A stretch of 64,000 nt of DNA from Candidatus Aenigmatarchaeota archaeon. Its GTDB lineage: Archaea > Aenigmatarchaeota > Aenigmatarchaeia > GW2011-AR5. Shown piece after piece: positions 9,346-19,048 of this stretch. The stretch spans positions 1 to 64,000 of the forward strand of contig JACQID010000006.1 in assembly GCA_016198685.1 (NCBI GenBank), read 5' to 3'. Under the pieces are notes generated by a model, which was not told the DNA's origin, made no database searches, and saw nothing but the letters and a program-made list of their open reading frames with translations. How positions within the stretch are numbered: the stretch's first letter is position 1; every line of letters begins with the position of its first letter. A program made the position numbers and the translations under genes.

Positions 9346-9663
9346 TTAGCCGCTCTTACGGACGTGCCATATCACTTTTCCTGTTATTTCATCTCTCTTC
9401 ACAGGGCCGAATTGCCGGCTATCCGTGCCGATCGGGTTATCGCTAAGAACGAAATATTCGCCGTCTTTGATCAGGCCTGGCACGGTGTTTTGTCCCGGGG
9501 CCGCGGCTATGCGCTTCAGCATGCTCTGGCCGCCCTTGTTTATTACCACCGTATCCCCAACAGAAAGGGCAGCAGTTTTTGTAAGGACGACAACATAATC
9601 GCCGTCACGATAAAACGGTTCCATGCTCCTGCCCTGCACAGCAAACCTTCGCAGGAAGAACAT
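9346..9663 (-). CDS. sodX: Ni-SOD maturation protease (S26 family)
   Basis: R..V.GRSMEP...DGD.VVV (Ser), MLKRI (Lys), YFVLSDNP...DSRQFGPV. sodN lies nearby. Confidence 0.8.
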   Translation of the reverse strand: MFFLRRFAVQGRSMEPFYRDGDYVVVLTKTAALSVGDTVVINKGGQSMLKRIAAAPGQNTVPGLIKDGEYFVLSDNPIGTDSRQFGPVKRDEITGKVIWHVRKSG

Positions 9664-9666
9664 TTT

Positions 9667-10170
9667 TTACCCCTCCAAATACCTAACTATCTCTCTGCAA
9701 AAATCCGGCAAATCGGCCGGTTTTCGCGAAGTTATGAGGTTATTATCAACTACCACCGATTCATCCGTGTACGCCGCCCCTGCATTTATCACATCATCCT
9801 TTATCGCAGGCGCGCACGTGACCTTCCTGCCCTTCAGGATACCTGCAGATATCAAGACCTGAGGACCGTGGCATATGGAAGCTATCAATTTTTTTTCATC
9901 ATCAGCCGACTTGACCAGATCAAGAATTGCCTTAAGCTGCCTGAGCTTGTCAGGCGCCCAGCCACCTGGTATTATCAACACATCAAAAGTCGCGCCGAAG
10001 TCCTCAATAGTCCCGTCGGATTTTATCGGCACGCCGTGCTTTCCCGTGTACACGGCCTCGCCCAGCCCGGCAACTTTCACATCGCCCCCGGCTTCCTGAA
10101 GCCTGTAATATGGATAAAGCAGCTCACTGTCCTCGAAACTATCTGCCGCAAGAATGAGGATTTTTTTCAT
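9667..10170 (-). CDS. pfpI: PfpI/DJ-1 family protein
   Basis: FEDSEL.YPYYRL, IIPGGWAPDKLR, SICHGPQVLISAG, LITSRKPADL. Confidence 0.92.
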   Translation of the reverse strand: MKKILILAADSFEDSELLYPYYRLQEAGGDVKVAGLGEAVYTGKHGVPIKSDGTIEDFGATFDVLIIPGGWAPDKLRQLKAILDLVKSADDEKKLIASICHGPQVLISAGILKGRKVTCAPAIKDDVINAGAAYTDESVVVDNNLITSRKPADLPDFCREIVRYLEG

Positions 10171-10224
10171 ATTATATATGTACGTCGAAGTTATAAATTA
10201 GTTTCATAAAGAGAAGCCATTTAA

Positions 10225-10626
10225 TTGTCCGCCTCATATATAATACTCATGGAATTGCTAAAAATAGACAGCGTCATGTTTAGAGTAAGCAATCTTGATG
10301 AGGCTGCCAAGTTCTATCAGGAAGTTTTAGGCCTGAAAAAGGCATGGCGGGACTCTCAGAATGCCATGATGGGATTTATTTTTCCCGAAAGCGATTCAGA
10401 GATCGTCATTCACAGCAATTCTGATATACCCACTCCTGCATTCAGCTTTCTTGTGAAGGATGTAGAAAATTTTTGCAGGGATTACCGCAAAACCGGAAAT
10501 AAAATCCTGACAGAGCCCTTTGAAGTAAGGACGGGAAAGTTTGCCATAGTCTCGGATCCCGACGGCAACGCCATCCCTATAATAGATCTTAGTAAATTCG
10601 GCGGCCACCCGAGATATGACTATTAA
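10225..10626 (+). CDS. VOC/glyoxalase family protein
   Basis: VSNLDEAAKFYQEVLGL and DPDGNAI motifs. Confidence 0.85.
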   Translation: MSASYIILMELLKIDSVMFRVSNLDEAAKFYQEVLGLKKAWRDSQNAMMGFIFPESDSEIVIHSNSDIPTPAFSFLVKDVENFCRDYRKTGNKILTEPFEVRTGKFAIVSDPDGNAIPIIDLSKFGGHPRYDY

Positions 10627-10698
10627 CAACAGACGACAAAATCAACCGTATCGAATAATTCACGACTCGTAGGCAGCCCTTGTTTTTCCGGAGGCGCT

Positions 10699-11334
10699 TC
10701 ACAGCTTCGTTTCCTCGCCACTCAGGTAATTAGCAAGCGTCAAACGGTGCTGTACAGACCCGCGGTCTCTGGGGGTTTCGCCAACTGCCCTGCATAGATA
10801 AGGAAAATATTTTTGCGGGAACGTGCCATCTCTTATAGCATCCGGCCGATCGGGAAATCTATATCCTTCACGATAAACATTTTCGCCATCCCTTAAATCG
10901 TGCCCGGATCCATATAACACATTATGCTCCGATCTCATTGATAATTCAAACCCTTGTATTGCTAAATCGCGGTTCGCCCCTGTGAGTCTCTGATTATCCA
11001 CCAAACTTAGCATAACAACGCTAATCCAGTCGGGATTTTCCGTCACTAATCTATATTGCGTGTCGCCTTGTGCGGTTATAAGACCGTATTTCAATCGGCG
11101 ACCATCAACATGAGTCTTGTTGTCAGCACTAACCCACAACTGGCTCGTCGGCTCGCCACGTTTGTCAAACGCCGCATATACGGCCCACGGATGCTCTAAA
11201 CTACTAACAGTATTATTAATATCACGGGCAACTTCCCCAGAAACGTGGCTGCTTACGTTCAAAACCACATCCGGCCCGCCTATGCCATCCGGTAAAATTA
11301 TTTTATTTCTTATACCATACGACATATTCATCAT
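10699..11334 (-). CDS. orphan protein, paralog of 11331..12236
   Basis: Shares the GFEL.MR, D..G.PT and FP.....IR....YF motifs with its neighbour. Confidence 0.6.
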   Translation of the reverse strand: MMNMSYGIRNKIILPDGIGGPDVVLNVSSHVSGEVARDINNTVSSLEHPWAVYAAFDKRGEPTSQLWVSADNKTHVDGRRLKYGLITAQGDTQYRLVTENPDWISVVMLSLVDNQRLTGANRDLAIQGFELSMRSEHNVLYGSGHDLRDGENVYREGYRFPDRPDAIRDGTFPQKYFPYLCRAVGETPRDRGSVQHRLTLANYLSGEETKL

Positions 11335-12236
11335 CCTCTTTTTTGCGCAGGAGGAAGCAGTATTGCGCCGCCGCTCTGCCGCTCATAGAACGGAGATTGC
11401 CGGCCCCTGTTATCCAGTTGTTTGTTATCACGACCCGGCGAACCGAGCTCATGCCCATCCAAAGCGCCTGTCACCAATCTCACGGCATTAAAGTACCTTC
11501 CCGGCGCCCTGCGTATTGTGTTCGGATACGGGAAGGCAAACGGATTAAACTCATAACGTGGGTACGAACCGTCCATTCTCATTTGCAATTCAAAACCATC
11601 TATGATATATTTGCGTTCTCCGTCAGGCAACTCAAATTGATGTCCTTGGCTTTCTGCAAACAACTTTATAGGCACATAACCAAGCGTCTTATCTAACCAA
11701 TTTCCGGCATTAGGAATGTCTGCACTAGATGGCGATCTGTCATACGTTTTTTCAGAACCTGGCACTGCTTTCGTAATTCTATCATCCGGTGATGCATACG
11801 GTTGCTGGAGATCGGAACGATTTCTAGGACCTGACAGCGCCGTGTAATTTGGAATACTTACATTCCTGTTATAGAAACCGCGAAACCCAACATCGGGATC
11901 TAACTCTTCATGAAAAACATTCAACATTCCACCATCTCTACTACGCTGAACAGAAATTACCATAGGCACGTCGGTCGGTCTTCCAACCATATCATAACTC
12001 ATGCCCAAAGCTGCGATATAACGATTTCCGTGACCATCATTACTAATGGGCACGTTACTTCCTACATACCGTTCTATATAATCACGTGCTCCTGATGTAA
12101 GAAATTCTGTAACATCTGTTATCAGACCCGTTGTTCTAAACCCTGGCCTCAATGCAAATTTGGGTCTGTCGGTTGCACCGGGAATGATACTTCCTCGCAT
12201 GTATTGATTATCGCCTGTACCGCCTTGCAATACCAT
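11331..12236 (-). CDS. orphan protein, paralog of 10699..11334
   Basis: 4-bp overlap with the downstream gene. Shared motifs as above. Confidence 0.6.
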   Translation of the reverse strand: MVLQGGTGDNQYMRGSIIPGATDRPKFALRPGFRTTGLITDVTEFLTSGARDYIERYVGSNVPISNDGHGNRYIAALGMSYDMVGRPTDVPMVISVQRSRDGGMLNVFHEELDPDVGFRGFYNRNVSIPNYTALSGPRNRSDLQQPYASPDDRITKAVPGSEKTYDRSPSSADIPNAGNWLDKTLGYVPIKLFAESQGHQFELPDGERKYIIDGFELQMRMDGSYPRYEFNPFAFPYPNTIRRAPGRYFNAVRLVTGALDGHELGSPGRDNKQLDNRGRQSPFYERQSGGAILLPPAQKRG

Positions 12237-12272
12237 AGTCTTTTGATTGACAGAAAACTATTTAAATCTTTA

Positions 12273-12770
12273 CTAAACAGTGACAATTCCCTTCTTGGAA
12301 ACCGGATAAACCGTCTCCCGTTCCGTGGGATAAGGCGCCTTGAACCTTGCCGTGCCCATGCCTTTGGCTTCCCAGAATATTTCCGCGACCTTGTTCACGG
12401 ATTCCAGAAGCTCGTCTGCCGCCTTTACGTCGGCTTCCTGCCGCGCTTTTGAAGCGAGTTTCAGGGTCTTCCAAACCAGATCGTGCAGGTTGGGATATTT
12501 CTGGATGTGCTCGGGCTTGAAATAGTCACCCCACAACACGCGAATCTCGTGCTTGCAAATCTCGGCGTGCTGCTCCTTCACCGCGGTGAAACGGGCGACC
12601 TTGTGCGCATCGTCCTTGTTCTCGTTTATCAGCGTGACCATGCGTATGACCGTGTGCGCGGCCATCTGCGCAATATGAGGATCATATATGCCACAAGGAA
12701 TGTCGCAGTGCGCGCTTGCCTTCGCAGCAGGCACTATTCTATCAAGTATTTTCATGATCGCGTATTTCAT
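12273..12770 (-). CDS. sodN: nickel superoxide dismutase precursor
   Basis: Ni-hook HCDIPCGIYDP after a 20-aa leader. KEQHAE.CK.E..VLWGDYFKPEH and VAEIFWE match SodN. Confidence 0.95.
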   Translation of the reverse strand: MKYAIMKILDRIVPAAKASAHCDIPCGIYDPHIAQMAAHTVIRMVTLINENKDDAHKVARFTAVKEQHAEICKHEIRVLWGDYFKPEHIQKYPNLHDLVWKTLKLASKARQEADVKAADELLESVNKVAEIFWEAKGMGTARFKAPYPTERETVYPVSKKGIVTV

Positions 12771-12830
12771 ATAACCACCTGATTATTTTTCTCTTGAAGT
12801 CTTTTATTTCTATCTTGACTATTATGGAAG

Positions 12831-13772
12831 ATGCCTAAAGCAGATAGAGGTTTCTTTCTGGGTGCGGATTGCGGCGCCACCAAGGCTACAGTAGTCATTA
12901 TAGATAGCAAAGGCGAGATAGTTTCTCTTGCCGAAGGTCCCGGAACAACCCATGAGACGCTCGAAAGCAAAGAATTCTGGGCAGGCATGGTAAAGGTAAT
13001 ATCGCAGGCCCTGCATGGATGCCGCGGGAAGATAAAATATGCCTGCTTTGGCATGGCTGGAATTGACACTGCAAACGATATGCGAGCGGCCAAACACTGG
13101 ATGAGCAAATCCGGGATGGAAGCTCTGCTCAAGTGCCCCATAGATATATTCAATGATATACAGATTGTTCTACCCGCAATAGGCGTAACTGAGGGCGTAG
13201 TTGCGATAGCCGGGACAGGCTCGGCATTTTATGGCGTCAGGAACGGCAAAAACGCAAAAGCAGGCGGACTTGATTGTGTGCTTACAGATGAAGGAAGCGC
13301 CTATGATATTGGGGTTACAGCTCTCCGTGCGGCAGTACGCTCATGGGATGGTCGCGGCCATAAAACGATGCTTGAAAGAATGGTTTTTGCCAAGACTGGG
13401 GCAAGCAACGGGTTTGAGCTCAAAGACAAGATGCATGGAAGTTCCAAATCCGTCATTGCATCGTTTGCCAAGCTTGTTTCCGAAGCTGAAGCTAAAGGAG
13501 ACAACGTTGCGAAAAAAATACTGGATTCCGCCGGCACAGAGTGCGTCATGGGAATAAATGCTGTCATAAAGAGGCTTAATTTCAGCGGCAGCTTCGACAT
13601 TGCCCTGACGGGTAAGCTTTTCTCAAAAGGAGTGCTTAATGAAAGAGTGAGGGCAAATCTTGACCAGAATCATCCTCAAGTCAAAATACGCATCGTAAAA
13701 GAGCCTGCAATAGGTGCGGCAAAGCTAGCCATGGATCTTTCGAAACAGAATAAAGCAAGGAAAAAACCCTAA
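12831..13772 (+). CDS. BadF/NagK-like sugar kinase
   Basis: LGADCGATKA, FGMAGID, IFNDI, IAGTGS, GG....LTDEGSAYDIG. Confidence 0.85.
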   Translation: MPKADRGFFLGADCGATKATVVIIDSKGEIVSLAEGPGTTHETLESKEFWAGMVKVISQALHGCRGKIKYACFGMAGIDTANDMRAAKHWMSKSGMEALLKCPIDIFNDIQIVLPAIGVTEGVVAIAGTGSAFYGVRNGKNAKAGGLDCVLTDEGSAYDIGVTALRAAVRSWDGRGHKTMLERMVFAKTGASNGFELKDKMHGSSKSVIASFAKLVSEAEAKGDNVAKKILDSAGTECVMGINAVIKRLNFSGSFDIALTGKLFSKGVLNERVRANLDQNHPQVKIRIVKEPAIGAAKLAMDLSKQNKARKKP

Positions 13773-13792
13773 CAAACCGAAAACCGTATATA

Positions 13793-15967
13793 GTGGACGG
13801 GTTAAGGATGTATATGTCTTATCATAAAGTATTGATTGCAGTCGCGCTTATTGCCCTTGTAGTAATTGCAGCAGCTCCAAAATCGTCTGATGCTAATGGT
13901 CTTAAGAAATTCTCCTCGATTGAAGAATTAACAAGCTTCCTTGAAGAAAGGGGAACTGATTCCACAATGCTTTATGACAGGGCTGCTGCTGAAAGCATTG
14001 CTCCTGCATCTCAGGATGCCAAAACTTCAGCTGCAGATTATTCGTCAACTAATGTGCAAGTACAAGACGTTGATGAGGCCGACATAGTCAAGAACGATGG
14101 CAAGTATATTTACTCGGTTTCCGGAACCAGGCTTTTCATAACAGAAGCATACCCTCCTGAAGATATGAAATTGGTTTCCACGATAGAATTCGCCAACGCA
14201 TCGGCGCAGGAAATTTATGTCATCGGTGACAGGCTCGTAGTCTTCGGCAACAGCTACGAGCCGCACCCATTTCCTGCGATGGATATTGACACGAAAATCG
14301 GCATCATAGCGCCTTTGTACCAGAAGTCGTTCATCAATGTCTATGACATATCCGACCGGGCGAATCCCGTCCTCAAAAGAAACCACGTATTGGATGGATA
14401 CTACGCGAAGTCCAGAATGACCGACGGCTACGTTTATGCAATAATCAACGTGCCGGCAAACGGCAAAGAGGTTCCCGTCTTCAGCCCGCAGCAGGAAGCG
14501 TTCCCTGAAATATATTACTTTGATGTGCCGGATTATTCGTACACATACACGAACATAATTTCCTTCGACCCCCAAGCCGATGAGGGCATGGATAATCAGG
14601 TTTATCTTACAGGCTATTCCACTGCCCTATATGTTTCACAAGATAACATCTATATCGGTTATCAAAAACAGCTTGAGTCGAACTATGTACTGAAGCGTAC
14701 AGTAAATGAAATAATCATACCGTCAGTCGATAGCGAAACGGGTACAAAGGTCAGGCAAATAATGGATTCTGATATGCCTGACTATGAAAAGGAATATACA
14801 GTTCAGAACGCGATTGAAAACTGGACTAATTCGCTCACTCAAGAAGAGCAGAAAAATCTAGCGGAAAAGGCCATGGCAATTTACCGCGATGCATTTATGG
14901 AGTCTCAAAAAACCGTAATTCACAGAATATCGATAGACAATGGCAATATTCAATATGCGGCCAACGGCGAAGTTCCCGGCATGCCGCTCAATCAGTTTTC
15001 AATGGACGAGCATGACGGCTACTTCAGGATAGCCACGACGACAAACAACTTCTGGGGAGGCTGGGGATTCGGGGGCATAGCAGTCAGATCTACCGAAGTT
15101 GTTTCAAGCACAGGCGGTAGCTCAGGCATTGCATCTACAGAAACCGCAAGTTCGCCCGTCATGAAAACTACTGAAGATACCATCGAAAGCGGCGTAGAGG
15201 AGCCTGTCCAAGAACTTCTGCCAGATCGATTGCCTCGAGACAGCAGCAAGAATAATGTGTACGTGCTTGATATGGGCATGAACGTAGTCGGAAAGATCGA
15301 AGGTCTTGCCGAGGGCGAAACCATTCATTCTGCAAGGTTCATGGGAGACCGCGCTTATCTTGTGACATTCAGGCAGACCGATCCGCTCTTTGCAATCGAC
15401 CTCAGCGAGCCTGCGAACCCAAAAGTTCTCGGTGAATTGAAGGTGCCCGGAGTCTCTCAGTATCTCCATCCTTACGGCGAGAATTATCTCATAGGTATTG
15501 GACATGACGCCACAGATGAAGGAAGGCTCATGGGTCTGAAGCTCTCGCTATTTGACATTTCAGATATGAGCAATCCGAAGGAAGTGTCCACGCAAATACT
15601 AGGAGACAAAGGATCATTCTCCTATGCTACATACGACCACAAGGCATTCCTGTTCAGCGCCGGCAAGGGTCTTCTTGTCATTCCGGTCTACCTCACGGAA
15701 AGTGATTACAAATACGTGTGGCAGGGTGCGTATGTCTTCGCTGTAAGCGAAGCAGGGTTTGAACTCAAAGGCAAGATAGCACACCAGTATAACGGCACCG
15801 AATACGATTATTATCAATCCGAGGATTCAGTCAACCGTGCCTTATACATGGACAATGCATTGTATACGCTCTCCCAGAGCGAGATAAAGGCCACGGATTT
15901 AACAACAATGGAAGAAATCAACAGCCTGAAACTACCCGTCGATCGGCCAGTTTATTACATCATGTAA
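13793..15967 (+). CDS. secreted beta-propeller domain protein
   Basis: Signal anchor, YSSTNVQVQDVDEADIVKNDGKYIY, NQFSMDEHDGYFRIATT, RFMGDRAYLVTFRQTDPLF. Confidence 0.85.
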   Translation: MDGLRMYMSYHKVLIAVALIALVVIAAAPKSSDANGLKKFSSIEELTSFLEERGTDSTMLYDRAAAESIAPASQDAKTSAADYSSTNVQVQDVDEADIVKNDGKYIYSVSGTRLFITEAYPPEDMKLVSTIEFANASAQEIYVIGDRLVVFGNSYEPHPFPAMDIDTKIGIIAPLYQKSFINVYDISDRANPVLKRNHVLDGYYAKSRMTDGYVYAIINVPANGKEVPVFSPQQEAFPEIYYFDVPDYSYTYTNIISFDPQADEGMDNQVYLTGYSTALYVSQDNIYIGYQKQLESNYVLKRTVNEIIIPSVDSETGTKVRQIMDSDMPDYEKEYTVQNAIENWTNSLTQEEQKNLAEKAMAIYRDAFMESQKTVIHRISIDNGNIQYAANGEVPGMPLNQFSMDEHDGYFRIATTTNNFWGGWGFGGIAVRSTEVVSSTGGSSGIASTETASSPVMKTTEDTIESGVEEPVQELLPDRLPRDSSKNNVYVLDMGMNVVGKIEGLAEGETIHSARFMGDRAYLVTFRQTDPLFAIDLSEPANPKVLGELKVPGVSQYLHPYGENYLIGIGHDATDEGRLMGLKLSLFDISDMSNPKEVSTQILGDKGSFSYATYDHKAFLFSAGKGLLVIPVYLTESDYKYVWQGAYVFAVSEAGFELKGKIAHQYNGTEYDYYQSEDSVNRALYMDNALYTLSQSEIKATDLTTMEEINSLKLPVDRPVYYIM

Positions 15968-16004
15968 GGCAGGCTCTGGATAACTTTATATCCCAGATGA
16001 GAGA

Positions 16005-16394
16005 ATGATTATTATGAAACTTCTTGTGCCACTGCTGCTTGGCATTGTACTTGTGACAGGGTGCGCCGCCGGCAATTCAAGCTCTGAGACCACGACAACC
16101 ACCGTATCGTCAGGCAGCGATATCAAAGAATTTGAAATGACGGCCAAGCAGTTCGAGTTTGTGCCTTCCACAATCACTGTCAATGAAGGCGATACAGTCC
16201 GCCTTCGCATAACCAGTACAGACGTTGACCACGGTTTTTCCATTCCTGCGTTCGCTGTGAATGCTCAGTTGTCCGTCGGCGAGACTAAAGATATAGAATT
16301 CGTTGCCGACAAAAAAGGAACCTACACTTTTGCATGCAGCGTCATGTGCGGTTCAGGCCACAGCGGCATGAAAGGCACGCTCGTTGTAGAATAA
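16005..16394 (+). CDS. lipoprotein-like cupredoxin with CuA-type motif
   Basis: Signal ending in LVTGC. DVDHGF and CSVMCGSGHSGM. Confidence 0.85.
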   Translation: MIIMKLLVPLLLGIVLVTGCAAGNSSSETTTTTVSSGSDIKEFEMTAKQFEFVPSTITVNEGDTVRLRITSTDVDHGFSIPAFAVNAQLSVGETKDIEFVADKKGTYTFACSVMCGSGHSGMKGTLVVE

Positions 16395-16631
16395 ATTCAT
16401 GGGTTTTCTTGTCTAAGTATTTTTGTTCCAATTATTGTCGCGTATTCCGGCATGAATAAGTAAATCAATGGCGTGGCGTTTTTTAATTGCACTTCATAAC
16501 CTCGCACGGGTTTTAATTTTGTGCTTATATCCAATTTGTCGCGTGAGTTGTTAAAACGATAAGAACATTTCACATCAAAAGGAATTTCTTAGGCCCCTAC
16601 CTTTATGCTTGTCCGGATTACTGTATTTTTA

Positions 16632-16946
16632 TTAGGTCTGTGCATCATATTCGCCCCATGATAAGTAGTCGTTACTTTGTACGCGTGTGTTATTAAGGCC
16701 CGGACTTGCCGCCATATTTACAGCTTGTACGATAAGTTCATATTGCCTGTCCATATCGTCAAAAACAGATTCATAAGCTCTCTTAGGCAGAACGTCGATG
16801 ATTTTGATATCGCATCTGCCTCTTGCCGAAGGTCCCATTTTCAAGTCAAAATGAGCACTTATTGTCACTTTTTGAGGCATGCCATCGTATATAACCGTAG
16901 TTTTGACTTCAATATAGCCGTCTGACGTATAATTAACCGGAAACAT
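16632..16946 (-). CDS. hypothetical protein
   Basis: ORF fills the gap with plausible composition. Confidence 0.5.
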   Translation of the reverse strand: MFPVNYTSDGYIEVKTTVIYDGMPQKVTISAHFDLKMGPSARGRCDIKIIDVLPKRAYESVFDDMDRQYELIVQAVNMAASPGLNNTRVQSNDYLSWGEYDAQT

Positions 16947-16995
16947 CGAAAAAATAACATAAAAATCAATTTAAGCCTTCCAGAACGTATTTATT

Positions 16996-17325
16996 ATGAT
17001 AACTGATACTCAGGTTATGAAAATATCATTTATATGCGCCATTCTGGGCATAATAGGCCTCATTGTAGTCGTTTACACCTATCAAGCGCCGCATCTTGCC
17101 AGTTTTAGCGATGCCAAACCAGGAGAAATTGTGAGCATAGGCGGTGTTGCAGAAGATGTCAAGAGAATCGGCGAAACGACTATTATAACTGTTAATGGGA
17201 CAAAAATAGTTATCTTTTCTGTTGACAATAATATAAAGAAGGACGACAGAATACAAGCTACCGGACGCATAGAAATATACGAAGGAAAAACGGAAATGAT
17301 CGCCAATAGCATAAGGAAGGTATGA
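16996..17325 (+). CDS. membrane-anchored OB-fold protein
   Basis: N-terminal TM. V.I.G.V..V and RIQATGRIEIYEGKTEMIAN OB strands. Confidence 0.7.
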   Translation: MITDTQVMKISFICAILGIIGLIVVVYTYQAPHLASFSDAKPGEIVSIGGVAEDVKRIGETTIITVNGTKIVIFSVDNNIKKDDRIQATGRIEIYEGKTEMIANSIRKV

Positions 17326-18074
17326 ATATGAAGGTCATAGTTCTTGCAGGCGGGATGGCTGAAAGGTTAAAGCCGCTAACCGAAAATACCGCAAAGCCTT
17401 TGATCGATATCGCAGGAAAGCCCATGATAAATTATGTGATCGAGAGCCTGGATGCTGCAGGCATCGAAGATATCTGCGTCTCCACTAATGAAAAGTTTGC
17501 CGACGAATTCGAGCAATGGCGCGATGAATACGGGCTTAACGTTAGTATGGTCATTGAGAAAATGCCCGGAGGCCAGAAGCTCGGCGCCATAGCAGGCCTT
17601 GCATTCGTCCTTGAAAAAAAGAAGATAGACGATGACTGCCTTGTAATTGCCGGCGATAATTTATTCGGTTTCTCTATAGCCGACTTCGTTTCATTTTACA
17701 AGAAAAAAAGAGCGCCTGTCGTGGGCGCATATGATGTCGGAGATCCTAACGAAGCCATGCGCTTTGGCGTGATAACCGCATCCAAGGACGGCAGGATAAC
17801 GGATTTTGAAGAGAAACCTGAGAAGCCCAAAAGCTCTCTTGTTGCCACGGCATGCTACATTTTGCCTAAAGCTACGCTGAAGATGATACCGGTGTACCTC
17901 AAAGAGGGGAATTCCCGCGATTCGCCGGGCCATTTTCTTGCATGGCTCACAAAGAAGACTGCCGTGTATGCGTATCCCTTTAACAGCTACTGGTTCGATG
18001 TGGGTACGTTTGCGTCTCTCGAAGCCGCCAAAAATTTCATGTCCATGCGTACAGAACGCGTCCGCCTTCTTTAA
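17322..18074 (+). CDS. NDP-sugar pyrophosphorylase/nucleotidyltransferase
   Basis: VIVLAGG...RLKPLTENTAKPLI, IAGDNLF, FEEKPEKP, WFDVGT. Confidence 0.92.
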   Translation: MNMKVIVLAGGMAERLKPLTENTAKPLIDIAGKPMINYVIESLDAAGIEDICVSTNEKFADEFEQWRDEYGLNVSMVIEKMPGGQKLGAIAGLAFVLEKKKIDDDCLVIAGDNLFGFSIADFVSFYKKKRAPVVGAYDVGDPNEAMRFGVITASKDGRITDFEEKPEKPKSSLVATACYILPKATLKMIPVYLKEGNSRDSPGHFLAWLTKKTAVYAYPFNSYWFDVGTFASLEAAKNFMSMRTERVRLL

Positions 18075-18098
18075 TAATTTTTCTGGATTATTACCAGA

Positions 18099-18551
18099 AT
18101 GGAATATCTGGGCGACTTGGCGCACAGGGCTGTTGAACTAAATAACGGCGGGCGGAAGAGGCTCGCCCAAGAATATGATTACGACTTAATAAGCTACTCC
18201 CCTTATCCGCTTGCAGGAAACAGGTACCCGCTAGTATTTTTCCGGCGGAAGACCGACAAAGGCGATTTATCATCAGTTTATCCGCAATCCGTAGACGCAG
18301 GGCTGTCTTTCCTCAGAATACCGGAGATGGCCGGAAGATCAACTCAATATGTACTTTGCCAGTATGGCCTTGGGAATGAACTGGGTCCTATTGCCGTCAT
18401 ATCCGAGAAAAATGGCACTCGTCTTTTCGGCATAAACCCGTCAACGACTAAATATGACATGACGGCCATTATTTCAATAGCCGAGAATTGGACATGCAGC
18501 CCCACGAATATCTTTTTCCAGGCATCGCCACGGACATCGAAAGGATATTGA
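18099..18551 (+). CDS. hypothetical protein
   Basis: ORF in series with its neighbours. Confidence 0.5.
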   Translation: MEYLGDLAHRAVELNNGGRKRLAQEYDYDLISYSPYPLAGNRYPLVFFRRKTDKGDLSSVYPQSVDAGLSFLRIPEMAGRSTQYVLCQYGLGNELGPIAVISEKNGTRLFGINPSTTKYDMTAIISIAENWTCSPTNIFFQASPRTSKGY

Positions 18552-18605
18552 AACGCAGGCGATGATATTCTAAAAAGCTTTTATATAGATCAGGTAAATT
18601 AGCAG

Positions 18606-18932
18606 ATGAACTTCGAAAGAATCCAAAAATATTATCCTATCTGGACGTTGATATGGGCGGTAGTGCTTGTGCATGCGTTCAATTACGCGCCCGGCTTCTT
18701 GCTTCCGGCAGTGGCATTGCTCCTCGTCAAGGACCTTGCTATTGATATTCTCCTTAGATACGGCTCGTTCCCCGTCTGGTTTGAGCATGCGCCTCTGACG
18801 GCGATGATAACAATTGTAGGAATAATCGGCATTTTTATTCCCGCCTTTTCCGGTCTTGTCGATATGCCGACATTCGCACTTGCTGCTCTGGATACTGTCA
18901 TAGATGTTGCTGATGACATTGAAGTCATCTAA
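18606..18932 (+). CDS. membrane protein
   Basis: Several hydrophobic helices. Confidence 0.6.
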   Translation: MNFERIQKYYPIWTLIWAVVLVHAFNYAPGFLLPAVALLLVKDLAIDILLRYGSFPVWFEHAPLTAMITIVGIIGIFIPAFSGLVDMPTFALAALDTVIDVADDIEVI

Positions 18933-19048
18933 TATCAAAGGCAGCACGAAAAATAATCGCAGGGTTAGATGGCATGCGCTCATAGGTGCAGGAAATTTTT
19001 ATAAACAAAAATATGCGACACGCACCTTGCTGTCTTTTAAAGACTCAT

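Noticed and set aside
9328-10209. 293-aa plus-strand ORF
   Set aside because: Antisense shadow of sodX and pfpI.
16400-16620. Imperfect CCAATT(A)TTGTCGCGT repeat and a possible 58-aa ORF
   Set aside because: Too weak to distinguish from chance by eye.
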